A stretch of DNA of 54,654 nt, from positions 1 to 54,654 of IMG/VR virus record IMGVR_UViG_3300034071_001887, one strand, 5' to 3'. This document shows positions 18,780-27,298 of this stretch, piece after piece (position 1 is the first letter of the stretch; every line of letters begins with the position of its first letter). The position numbers were made by a program, and so were the translations under genes. Below the pieces are notes generated by a model that was given only the letters and a program-made list of their open reading frames with translations, had not been told where the DNA came from and did no database searches. The stretch comes from a virus (Duplodnaviria > Caudoviricetes).

Positions 18780-19226
18780 ATGAGTACACTAAGCAGATAT
18801 ACACGGGATGAGTTTCTCACCCCATTTGATCGTCTATTTGACGATGTTTTCAACAGTTTCGGCGTAACACCTTACGCCGGATCTTATACCAAGCACAGTT
18901 ACCCAAAAGTAGATGTTGTTGAATATGATGACAAGTATGTTCTTGAAGCAGATGTTGCTGGATTAAGCAAGGAAGATGTTTCTGTAGATCTTGAGGGCGA
19001 CACGCTTGTAATACGAGGAGGTAAAAAAACTAACAATGAAAACACAACTAAAGGAAAGTACCTATATAAAGAAATTAAGCGTTCTAGTTTCACACGCTCG
19101 TTCAGCGTGGGTGAAGGCATTGACAAAAATAAGATCAAAGCCGACTTCACAAACGGAACAATAAAAGTTGATCTTCCTAAACTGAAGATTGAAGAGCAAA
19201 GACCAAAGACACACAAACTGTTATAA
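18780..19226 (+). CDS. hsp20: small heat shock protein (Hsp20/alpha-crystallin)
   Basis: PKVDVVE..LEADVAGLSKEDV..FTRSF..IKADFTNGTIKVDLPK; AAAGGA RBS upstream. Confidence 0.95.
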   Translation: MSTLSRYTRDEFLTPFDRLFDDVFNSFGVTPYAGSYTKHSYPKVDVVEYDDKYVLEADVAGLSKEDVSVDLEGDTLVIRGGKKTNNENTTKGKYLYKEIKRSSFTRSFSVGEGIDKNKIKADFTNGTIKVDLPKLKIEEQRPKTHKLL

Positions 19227-19231
19227 TGCCC

Positions 19232-19259
19232 TTGACAAATATACAACAGTATATAGTCT
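19232..19259 (+). promoter_or_regulatory. sigma70-type promoter (TTGACA-16nt-TAGTCT)
   Basis: Perfect -35 immediately after the hsp20 stop, facing a ~95-nt structured non-coding stretch. Confidence 0.55.
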
Positions 19260-19264
19260 AATGA

Positions 19265-19357
19265 AAGTGGTTATGGTTGTCAGTGGCTCCACAAACTGAC
19301 TGGTGGAGGGTGATAAGTCCATCACCCCTAAAGCCCCGCATTTTTGCGGGGCTTTTT
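19265..19357 (+). ncRNA. candidate small structured RNA (H-type pseudoknot, hairpin, terminator)
   Basis: GTCAGT/ACTGAC stem; loop CTCCAC complementary to downstream GTGGAG; GGGTGAT/ATCACCC hairpin; bounded by promoter and terminator. Confidence 0.5.
19330..19357 (+). terminator. intrinsic terminator
   Basis: AAAGCCCCGCA-tttt-TGCGGGGCTTT followed by TT. Confidence 0.88.
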
Positions 19358-19363
19358 ATTATC

Positions 19364-19391
19364 TTGACAAAATGCTGCCTACCATCAATAT
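19364..19391 (+). promoter_or_regulatory. sigma70-type promoter (TTGACA-16nt-CAATAT)
   Basis: Perfect -35, weaker -10; ATG 19400 follows closely. Confidence 0.45.
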
Positions 19392-19399
19392 GGGCCAAA

Positions 19400-21625
19400 A
19401 TGAAGAACTATATCAAGATACTTTTTTATATACTTGCATTATGCAGTATGGCATGTGCTCAAGACGTTAGTCCAGTTGCTAAAGTTGGTCAGACTGTCAC
19501 CTTTGATGTTACCGCCACCGGAACAGCCCCGTTTACATATCAGTGGAAAAAAGGAGGAACGAATATTGCCGGTGCAACATCTATATCGTATGTGTTAGCG
19601 AATGTTACAATATCGGATGCCGCCGCTTATACCGTGGAAGTTAGTAACTCGTTGGGAAGTAGTCTTTCAAATATTGCAACTTTAAGTGTAGTCAATCCGC
19701 CGGTTTTTACACTACAACCAGTTGCTACTAACGCATCTGTCGCCCAATCTTTTACACTATCATCTCTTGCCACAGGCGACTCTCCACCAACATATCAATG
19801 GTTTAAAAATAATGTTGCTATATCAGGTGCAACATCTGCTACATATACAGTATCATCGGCAGTTCTTGCTGACGCGGGCATATACAAAGTATCAGCAAGT
19901 AATACTGTTAGCGGAACAGTAGTGTCCACGGACAGTAATGCGGTGGCAGTTACTGTCATAGAAGTTTTGGTGCCGCCTATATTTACTACGCAACCCGTCG
20001 CCGCAACGGTAAATCTTACACAGTCATTTACACTATCGGCATTAGCGACCGGCACTCCAACTCCAACATACCAATGGTATAAAGACAACGTCGCTATAAC
20101 TGGAGCAACATCTACATCATATACCGTAAGTTCTGCGGTTAGTGCCAATGGCGGCGATTATAAGGTTGTTGCCACCAATACACTAAACGGAGCATCCAGT
20201 TCAGTTGATAGTAATACAGCAACAGTAACCGTAGTTAGAACTCTTGCGGCACCAATATTTACTGCCCAACCATCCTCCGTGACCATTGATCTCAATCAAT
20301 CATTTACGTTATCTGGGTTGGCTACTGGTACACCAACTCCAACATATCAATGGTACAAAGATGATGTTATTATAACAGGAGCAACTTCTAGATCATATAA
20401 TGTGAGTGCCGCCGCTAGTGCAGACTCTGGTGCGTATAAACTTAGAGCAACCAGTACTATAGATGGTGTATCCAGTTTTACAGACAGCAATACAGCAACA
20501 GTAAACGTTGTTAGAACATTAAAGGCACCTATCTTTACCGTTCATCCTGTTGCTACAAGTGTTGAGTTTGGAAATACACTTACACTATCGTCTTTCGCAT
20601 CAGTATCGGTGTATTATTATACTGTTGGTACAGACAACAATATTTATGAAATCAGCGATACTGGAACAAAGAGGGCTGTGCGAGATGTGTCTACTCTTGT
20701 AGGTGCTACATCAGCAAACGCAATAAACGGAATAGCGTTTGATACTACCCGAGGTCAAGTATTTTTTGCGGCACCTAACCCGAGTGGAAGTGGTCTGGCG
20801 TCTCTGTGGTATTGGAACCAAGCTGCCAATTCTATACCAGTCAATTTAGGGCAATTGACCACCAGCCGACCAGACAACGGAGCATACTGGAATAATGCTT
20901 ATTGGTATATTATGCCGGGCACACATATGCTGGTACGAGTCGCATTACAATATGATGGGTCAGGAACCCCTGCAATGATTTCTAATGGCATTTCGTCCGC
21001 TACGCTCACGGGCGGTATACCTACAACAAACAACAATTATATTGGAGACATAGCCATTACTAGTAATGGTACATTATATGCCACTACTTCCAACGGTTCT
21101 ATGTTTTATAATCTGACTCTGCCGTCTGGTCCGTTAAGTGGTACTATAGCTGCCACCAATATAGGCACAGTTGGTTCTCCGGTAATAGTCAGGCTTCAAA
21201 TCACCTTCGGTCCAGCCGGTTCAACGTTGTATGGTCAATCCTTTGACAATGGTCAGTGGTATACAGTAAACACAGCCAACGGTACATTAACACCACTATC
21301 ATTTAGTACGCTCATTAATGGAGGAACGACTGGATTTCAGGATGTAAGCGGCGTGTCCGCAACGCCTGCCCCACCCGTTACAGATTCTGGAGCAGGTACA
21401 ATATCATATCAATGGTATAGAAATAATGTGGCTATATCTGGTGCTACATTATCGACATACACCGTATCACCAGTCGTAATAGATACTGGCGGAACATACA
21501 AAGTTGTCGCCACACGTACCTTTGATGGAATGACTAGTTCAACGGATAGTAGTTCAGCACTTGTTAATGTTACAGGTATTTCAGCACCAAGTAATGTAAG
21601 AATTATCATACGTTATGGTCCATAA
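19400..21625 (+). CDS. secreted immunoglobulin (I-set-like) repeat protein with inserted beta-propeller-like domain
   Basis: Signal peptide MKNYIKILFYILALCSMACA; five Ig units with TYQW(Y/F/K)K..I.GAT..Y..D.G.Y motifs. Confidence 0.88.
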   Translation: MKNYIKILFYILALCSMACAQDVSPVAKVGQTVTFDVTATGTAPFTYQWKKGGTNIAGATSISYVLANVTISDAAAYTVEVSNSLGSSLSNIATLSVVNPPVFTLQPVATNASVAQSFTLSSLATGDSPPTYQWFKNNVAISGATSATYTVSSAVLADAGIYKVSASNTVSGTVVSTDSNAVAVTVIEVLVPPIFTTQPVAATVNLTQSFTLSALATGTPTPTYQWYKDNVAITGATSTSYTVSSAVSANGGDYKVVATNTLNGASSSVDSNTATVTVVRTLAAPIFTAQPSSVTIDLNQSFTLSGLATGTPTPTYQWYKDDVIITGATSRSYNVSAAASADSGAYKLRATSTIDGVSSFTDSNTATVNVVRTLKAPIFTVHPVATSVEFGNTLTLSSFASVSVYYYTVGTDNNIYEISDTGTKRAVRDVSTLVGATSANAINGIAFDTTRGQVFFAAPNPSGSGLASLWYWNQAANSIPVNLGQLTTSRPDNGAYWNNAYWYIMPGTHMLVRVALQYDGSGTPAMISNGISSATLTGGIPTTNNNYIGDIAITSNGTLYATTSNGSMFYNLTLPSGPLSGTIAATNIGTVGSPVIVRLQITFGPAGSTLYGQSFDNGQWYTVNTANGTLTPLSFSTLINGGTTGFQDVSGVSATPAPPVTDSGAGTISYQWYRNNVAISGATLSTYTVSPVVIDTGGTYKVVATRTFDGMTSSTDSSSALVNVTGISAPSNVRIIIRYGP

Positions 21626-21653
21626 TACAACTTCGGGGTTTCTTTTTATACGA

Positions 21654-21681
21654 TTGACAACCTTACTTTTTATGGTATACT
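21654..21681 (+). promoter_or_regulatory. sigma70-type promoter (TTGACA-16nt-TATACT, extended -10), probably leaderless
   Basis: Near-consensus boxes; ATG begins 7 nt after the -10 box. Confidence 0.75.
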
Positions 21682-21687
21682 ACTTTT

Positions 21688-22470
21688 ATGGATCTTGGTT
21701 TTCATAACATAAACGGGTTAGAAATGCTCAAAAAGATTGACAACAAGTCTGTTGATTTTGTGTTGACTGACCCGCCTTATATTATCTCCAAGAAGACGGG
21801 TATGGATGCGTTGTTCAATGCCGATGATGCCACTAAAGACAAGGCGAAGTATGGAAGTAAGTATGCGATCCAAACAGATTATGGTGAATGGGATAGCAAC
21901 TTTACCTTAGAAACTCTTGAAGAGTTTATCAAGGAGTTTAGCCGTGTATTGAAGAACGGCGGCTCTTGTATCATCTTTTTTGATCTTTGGAAAATTGAGA
22001 CATTGAGCAAGCTGCTTGAAAAGCACAAGTTTGGTAAGCTGCGTTTTATTGAATGGGTAAAAACCAATCCTGTTCCTATCAACTCGAAAGCAACATATCT
22101 TAGTAATGCTCGTGAAATCGCCATTTCTTGTGTAAAGGGAGGCAAGGCTACGTTCAACTCTGAGTATGATAATGGCATTTATCAGTATCCTATTTATCAG
22201 GGTAAGCGAGAAATTGATCGTATTCATCCTACTCAAAAGTCGCTTGAACTGTTTGGGGAGCTTATCAAAAAGCATACTAATGAAGGTGACGTTGTAGTTG
22301 ATCCATTCGGCGGCTCTGCGACAACATATATTGCTTGCCAGCATCTAAACAGAAAGTGTTATAGTTCTGAAATTAGTAATGATTATTACGCAAAGTGCAG
22401 GACACGAATAAAATGGCACGAAGATAACAAACCTGCTAAAAAAGCAGAGTTCTTTGATTTGGTTAGTTAA
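21688..22470 (+). CDS. beta-class N6-adenine/N4-cytosine DNA methyltransferase (orphan)
   Basis: LTDPPY catalytic motif, HPTQK, and C-terminal VDPFGGSATT SAM-binding motif. Confidence 0.92.
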   Translation: MDLGFHNINGLEMLKKIDNKSVDFVLTDPPYIISKKTGMDALFNADDATKDKAKYGSKYAIQTDYGEWDSNFTLETLEEFIKEFSRVLKNGGSCIIFFDLWKIETLSKLLEKHKFGKLRFIEWVKTNPVPINSKATYLSNAREIAISCVKGGKATFNSEYDNGIYQYPIYQGKREIDRIHPTQKSLELFGELIKKHTNEGDVVVDPFGGSATTYIACQHLNRKCYSSEISNDYYAKCRTRIKWHEDNKPAKKAEFFDLVS

Positions 22471-22475
22471 TATAT

Positions 22476-22501
22476 AACCCAGATAAAATCTGGGTTTTTT
22501 T
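22476..22501 (+). terminator. intrinsic terminator
   Basis: AACCCAGAT-aaa-ATCTGGGTT followed by a T tract. Confidence 0.8.
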
Positions 22502-22542
22502 CTTTTTATATATATTTATTCTTATAAGACATTTATTATAAT

Positions 22543-23256
22543 ATGAAGAAAAGTGAATTAAAGCAGTTGATTCGAGAAGTCGTCGAAGAAATAAATCTTC
22601 GAGAAATAGATCCCGTGATAAAAGACAAAGAATCTGGGAAATGGAAGCTCGATGTTCCTGGTATCAAAGTGTTTTTTGATATAACGGGTGCATTTAGCTA
22701 TCGACAAGGTCAAACTTTTTTTGGTACCGGAATACAATTTGTCAATAAAATTGTACACGGCGATCTCAAGGCAGCAAATCACGCCGGATTTGTGCTAAGT
22801 GATGGTAGAATCTTGGACGCGGCAACAAACGGTGTCGGAATAAAAGATGGATCTGAGATAGAAAAAAATCCTCAAAATTATATCATTTTTAATGTCGGAG
22901 GCAGTGAAGATAAATTAATCGCCGCGTATAACGATTTGAAAAAAGGTATAAAAGGTTATGATAGCGCCGGAATAGCCAGACAAGTAAAACAAAAATTTCC
23001 AACGTTGTGGAAATTGTTCAATAGATTTAAAAATGTTGAAGATAAGTTCAAAGAAGATGGGCAAGAAGAATTCTATTGTTCCGAGTTTGTTGCAAATTTG
23101 TTAGCAAGACTTGGTATTATAAATGTAAATGAACTCGTAAAGGCGAATGTTAGTGAAGATTTGAGCGGAATTGATTCTGCTGATGAATTAGATCCTACTC
23201 AATTATATGGATTAATAAAATCTAAAGCTAAATTGTTGGACATTGTACCGGCATAA
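22543..23256 (+). CDS. permuted papain-like NlpC/P60 enzyme (YiiX/YaeF, C92-like) with MKKSELKQLIRE leader
   Basis: His motif NHAGF precedes Cys motif FYCSEFVA; P..LY near the C-terminus. Confidence 0.8.
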   Translation: MKKSELKQLIREVVEEINLREIDPVIKDKESGKWKLDVPGIKVFFDITGAFSYRQGQTFFGTGIQFVNKIVHGDLKAANHAGFVLSDGRILDAATNGVGIKDGSEIEKNPQNYIIFNVGGSEDKLIAAYNDLKKGIKGYDSAGIARQVKQKFPTLWKLFNRFKNVEDKFKEDGQEEFYCSEFVANLLARLGIINVNELVKANVSEDLSGIDSADELDPTQLYGLIKSKAKLLDIVPA

Positions 23257-23351
23257 GCCGTCTACCGACGAAGTAGATCTCCAATTTTTGATTGGCTTCC
23301 TATATTTCGGAAGGAAGGTTCTTTTTAGATATATATGATATTTATTATAAC

Positions 23352-24857
23352 ATGAATATCTTAGCATTTTTAGTATTATTAAGCGGTATTGCCATATCAA
23401 TCTGTGGTGCTTATTTTAGCATCATAGGATTGAAGCTGCTTTTTGTTGGTGGCGGATTATCTATTATTATAATGGGTACTGCTCTTGAGATTGGTAAAAT
23501 TATTACTGCCACGTTTCTAAAGCAAAAATGGAAAGAAATAGGATGGTGGATGAAATCATATATGTTACTTGCCACACTATTTCTGATGGGCATAACTTCC
23601 ATTGGCATATATGGTTATTTGAGTGCAGGATATACAGCAACATCTATTGCCGTTCAAGGATATGAACAAAACATAGAATCTAATAATACCAAGATAGCAG
23701 AGTTTGAGAAAGAAATAGAAACTATCAAGAAGTCTGATTATAACTCGGAAGAAATAGCGGGCATTGATGCTAACAGAAAAAAGTTCATAGAACAAAAACT
23801 TCAAGTTGTAGCACAGAAAAATCAACAGATAGAAAGCATTCGTAAATCAGCAAATACAACACAGGATGCTTCAGCAGATATAGCAGCGGCAAAACAAGCT
23901 CTTGAAATATCAAAATCTTCAACTGATACTGATATAGCCAGAGAGCTTGAGCAGATAAAACTATTCAATGCCAGATTGGAAATATTAGACAAGGAAGTTC
24001 AGAAATGGATGGACCAAGGCACAGGTGGGCTGTTTGGTAAAAATGGACTAAACCAAGCTAGAGTTGTAAAAGAAGGTCAAACAAAAGAACGTGCTGAAAT
24101 AGATGAAAAGATAAAATCATCTCAAGACAGAATAACCAAACTGCGTGAGCAATATGCGTCGCAGATGAAGGAATATAATGACCGTGTAGCAGCAATAGAA
24201 AGCAGAAGCAAAAGTCAGCGTGGAGATATAGAAGCAAACATCAAGAAACTTGAAAAGGATATTGAAGAAATAATGGCGTCCATAGACGCATACAACAAAG
24301 AATCTGATAATAAAGTATCATCGCTAAACAGCAAAAAAGATGAACTGGCAGATGCTGGAAAGAAAAAGGTAATAGAATATCAAAACGAAATACAAGCATT
24401 ACGTAATCAAAACACAGATTATAAAGACAAGATAGTAAAAACCGACGTAGGCACATTCAAGTTTATTGCCAAGAGCCTTGGCGTACCATTAGACACCGCA
24501 GTAAATTATTTCATATGGTCCATAATGCTTGTGTTTGACCCTCTCGCTGTATGTTTGATTTTGGCATATAATACATTAGTAGGAAAAAAGAAAGAACAGA
24601 TTTTACCAGTTGCTACGCCAGTTATAACGCCCAATCCAACGGCTACACCAGAACCAACAATATCACCATCTCCTACTCCTTCTGCTACTCCAGAGCCGAC
24701 ACCAAGTCCGACTCCAGAACCTACACCAGAACCTTCACAGCAAATAGAACAAAAAGATCCGTATAACGAACAACTACAAAACAGAATAGAGCCACCTCCT
24801 GCACCAAACGAGCCATTCTTGAGAGATTATGAACGTTTTAGTCGTCCTAATCCATAA
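23352..24857 (+). CDS. membrane-anchored coiled-coil protein with Pro/Thr/Glu tail
   Basis: Three N-terminal hydrophobic segments (YFSIIGL, LEIGK, ITSIGIYGYLS), long coiled coil, VFDPLAV TM, PT/PE repeats. Confidence 0.85.
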   Translation: MNILAFLVLLSGIAISICGAYFSIIGLKLLFVGGGLSIIIMGTALEIGKIITATFLKQKWKEIGWWMKSYMLLATLFLMGITSIGIYGYLSAGYTATSIAVQGYEQNIESNNTKIAEFEKEIETIKKSDYNSEEIAGIDANRKKFIEQKLQVVAQKNQQIESIRKSANTTQDASADIAAAKQALEISKSSTDTDIARELEQIKLFNARLEILDKEVQKWMDQGTGGLFGKNGLNQARVVKEGQTKERAEIDEKIKSSQDRITKLREQYASQMKEYNDRVAAIESRSKSQRGDIEANIKKLEKDIEEIMASIDAYNKESDNKVSSLNSKKDELADAGKKKVIEYQNEIQALRNQNTDYKDKIVKTDVGTFKFIAKSLGVPLDTAVNYFIWSIMLVFDPLAVCLILAYNTLVGKKKEQILPVATPVITPNPTATPEPTISPSPTPSATPEPTPSPTPEPTPEPSQQIEQKDPYNEQLQNRIEPPPAPNEPFLRDYERFSRPNP

Positions 24858-24933
24858 TTTATTTTATTATAATTTGACAAAATAAAACTATTCAATATAT
24901 ATGTGAATTGTAAAACAAAAAAATTCACATAGT

Positions 24934-25551
24934 ATGAGTTATAAAATAGTCAAGGATAAAGATTTTCTACATAAGCCAACAACACCTGTATCTTCTATTG
25001 AAGAGGGTCAAGAAATAGCAAACAAGCTTATAGAAACTTTAGATAGTTTGCCTCACGGTGGAGTTGGACTATCTGCCAATCAAATAGGAATATCAAAAAG
25101 TGTTTCTGTTATTAGAGCCAGAAAAGATCAACCGCCAGTTGTGTTGATGAATCCTGTTATAACAGAAGTTAGTAACGAAAATATCATTTATCTTGAAGGT
25201 TGCCTAAGTTTGCCGGGCAAGAGTTGTAATACGATGCGTAAGTTGAAAGTAACCGTCAATACTCTCAACCACGCCAACCCCATCCCATTTGGTCCAGATA
25301 CAAATCCGCCAACAGAAAAGAGCGTATATGACGATGTTGGTATATTAGAAACAATCTGCGTTCAACACGAAATCGACCATCTAAATGGCAGACTAATGAT
25401 TGATCCTGGCGTCAAGTTCATCAAGCCAGTAGAAAAAAAGGTAAAACACGGCAGAAATGATAAGGTTGTTGTGGAAAAAAATGGTGAAACACAATATATA
25501 AAATACAAGAAGGCATTAGAACTCGTGGAACAAGGATGGAAGATACTATGA
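24934..25551 (+). CDS. def: peptide deformylase
   Basis: GVGLSANQIG, EGCLS and QHEIDHLNG signature motifs. Confidence 0.95.
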   Translation: MSYKIVKDKDFLHKPTTPVSSIEEGQEIANKLIETLDSLPHGGVGLSANQIGISKSVSVIRARKDQPPVVLMNPVITEVSNENIIYLEGCLSLPGKSCNTMRKLKVTVNTLNHANPIPFGPDTNPPTEKSVYDDVGILETICVQHEIDHLNGRLMIDPGVKFIKPVEKKVKHGRNDKVVVEKNGETQYIKYKKALELVEQGWKIL

Positions 25552-25706
25552 ACATTGACCCAGACAACATAGAAGAAGTAAAAGAACTATTAGAATACGC
25601 ACTAGAAAGCCGTAGTTGGCCTTCAGTCGAAGAAGCGTTGGGCATCATCAAAGAAGAACTTGGATATGATCCCGACGAAGATGAAGAAGAGGAAGACGAA
25701 GAATAA
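25548..25706 (+). CDS. small acidic protein (52 aa, not in ORF track)
   Basis: ATGA overlap with def stop; MNIDPDNIEEVKELLEYALESRSWPSVEEALGIIKEELGYDPDEDEEEEDEE. Confidence 0.75.
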   Translation: MNIDPDNIEEVKELLEYALESRSWPSVEEALGIIKEELGYDPDEDEEEEDEE

Positions 25707-25714
25707 TAATCTTT

Positions 25715-25969
25715 ATGTGGTTACTAATAACTCTATTGGTTATATTTTTTCTAACGACTTGTGCGTTGGGATATGCGTGCTATAATCTAATCAAAAAGAT
25801 GGAAGTATATGAAGATTGGCTTGATATGTTTAGAGGTGAAGTGTCTGATGTATACAATAGAATAAAAGCAGTAGATGACAAAAACTTGTTCGAGAAAGAC
25901 GATGATGTAGGATTTGTGTTTTCTGAAATCGTAAAGATAATCAAAGAGTTTGACGAGAAGATAAAATAA
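25715..25969 (+). CDS. small membrane protein
   Basis: N-terminal TM helix followed by a charged helix (FEKDDDVG). Confidence 0.8.
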   Translation: MWLLITLLVIFFLTTCALGYACYNLIKKMEVYEDWLDMFRGEVSDVYNRIKAVDDKNLFEKDDDVGFVFSEIVKIIKEFDEKIK

Positions 25970-25972
25970 TAT

Positions 25973-26887
25973 ATGAAAAAAAAGAAACTGAAGAATGCTA
26001 AAAAAACAAAACTCGTCAAAAAAGTAAAACGAGTAGCGTCCAAAAATATAAAAAAGGTAAAAAAGGACAAGAAGCAGCCAAAGGTAAAAAAGCAGATTAT
26101 TGTTCCGGTTGTAATAAATGATACGCCGATTGAGCCAAAGAAGCGACCACGGGGCAGACCAAAAGGTGCCAAGAATAAGCAAAAAGACGGCACGCCAAAA
26201 GTATCAAATGTATATTTTACCCCAGAAACAGAAGCAGCCATCATAGCATACAACCAAGCAACAGAATCTAGAGAAAAAGATAGAATATACAACGACCATA
26301 TCCAACAAGCGTTCTTTAAGATAGCAGAAAACGTTTATAACACATTCAAATTTAGTTATGCGGATGTCAGCCCTCTTGAAATACAAAAGCAGGCTATATC
26401 GCATATGGTGGCTAATATAGACAAGTATGAGCCAGGTAAGGGTAAGGCATTTAGTTACTTCAGCATTGTTGCCAAAAACTGGTTTATTTTAGATAATAAT
26501 ACAACATATAAGCGGTTCAAGAAGCACGTTGAAATATGTGAGCAAGCAGGTGATGCCGGTGAGTTTGTAGTAGAGCCAGAACACGAAAAGCAAGAAAGTG
26601 AAACACGCGAGTTTATAGCACTAATGGTAGATTACTGGGATAAGAACGTACATAAGATGTTCAACAAGGAAAAAGACCTAAAGATTGCTCACGCTGTTAT
26701 AGAAATATTCAGAAACGCTGACCGCATTGATGTATTCAATAAAAAGGCACTTTATTTATATATACGAGAAATCGCCGACTGCCAAACTCAAAAAATCACC
26801 AAAGTTATCAATAAAATGAAGGCTACCCAGCAAAACATCGCTGAAGAATATCTGAATCGTGGCACAATCAGCGGGGCAAAAATCTAA
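25973..26887 (+). CDS. phage sigma-factor-like protein (putative late sigma) with Lys-rich/AT-hook N-terminus
   Basis: Region-2-like KYEPGKGKAFSYFSIVAKNW; C-terminal HTH-like YIREIADCQTQKITKVIN; KRPRGRPK AT-hook. Confidence 0.65.
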   Translation: MKKKKLKNAKKTKLVKKVKRVASKNIKKVKKDKKQPKVKKQIIVPVVINDTPIEPKKRPRGRPKGAKNKQKDGTPKVSNVYFTPETEAAIIAYNQATESREKDRIYNDHIQQAFFKIAENVYNTFKFSYADVSPLEIQKQAISHMVANIDKYEPGKGKAFSYFSIVAKNWFILDNNTTYKRFKKHVEICEQAGDAGEFVVEPEHEKQESETREFIALMVDYWDKNVHKMFNKEKDLKIAHAVIEIFRNADRIDVFNKKALYLYIREIADCQTQKITKVINKMKATQQNIAEEYLNRGTISGAKI

Positions 26888-26915
26888 ATATATATTATAA
26901 ATACTATTTATAGTC

Positions 26916-27293
26916 ATGGATAATGACATAGAGATTTTTAAGGGCAAAAACTTTTCTGACCTGTGTAAAGACATCGTCAAAAACAGCGAAGAAAAGAAGA
27001 ATCAGATAGATATTCTGATTACTGATTTGCGTGAAATGATCAAAACCATCAACGATGCCACCATGATTGTGCCATTATTGAAAGAATATTTTGATGTTGG
27101 TGTAAGAAATGACGAACAACTTATCAAACTTGCTGCTATTATACAGCGATTGATGAGTGGTAAGGGTGGAGCAGAAGGCGAGGGTGGTGGTATGTTGCTA
27201 ACAGAAGACGAACGCAAGCAGTTGATGGCTACCGTAGAAGAAACCGCCAAACAGTTACAAAAACCGGAAGTAACCGAAAAAAAGGTTAAATAA
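26916..27293 (+). CDS. hypothetical helical protein
   Basis: 125-aa ORF; CTATTTATA immediately upstream. Confidence 0.8.
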   Translation: MDNDIEIFKGKNFSDLCKDIVKNSEEKKNQIDILITDLREMIKTINDATMIVPLLKEYFDVGVRNDEQLIKLAAIIQRLMSGKGGAEGEGGGMLLTEDERKQLMATVEETAKQLQKPEVTEKKVK

Positions 27294-27298
27294 AATTT

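Noticed and set aside
19279-19335. HDV-like/theta ribozyme (P1 GTCAGT, CTAA junction, GGCT/AGCC pairing)
   Set aside because: Only 6 nt remain where P3-L3 needs about 13, and no adjacent tRNA; kept only as an unassigned structured RNA
21688-23256. Restriction-modification or other defence system around the MTase
   Set aside because: No cognate endonuclease adjacent; MTase is bounded by its own promoter and terminator, a typical orphan phage MTase
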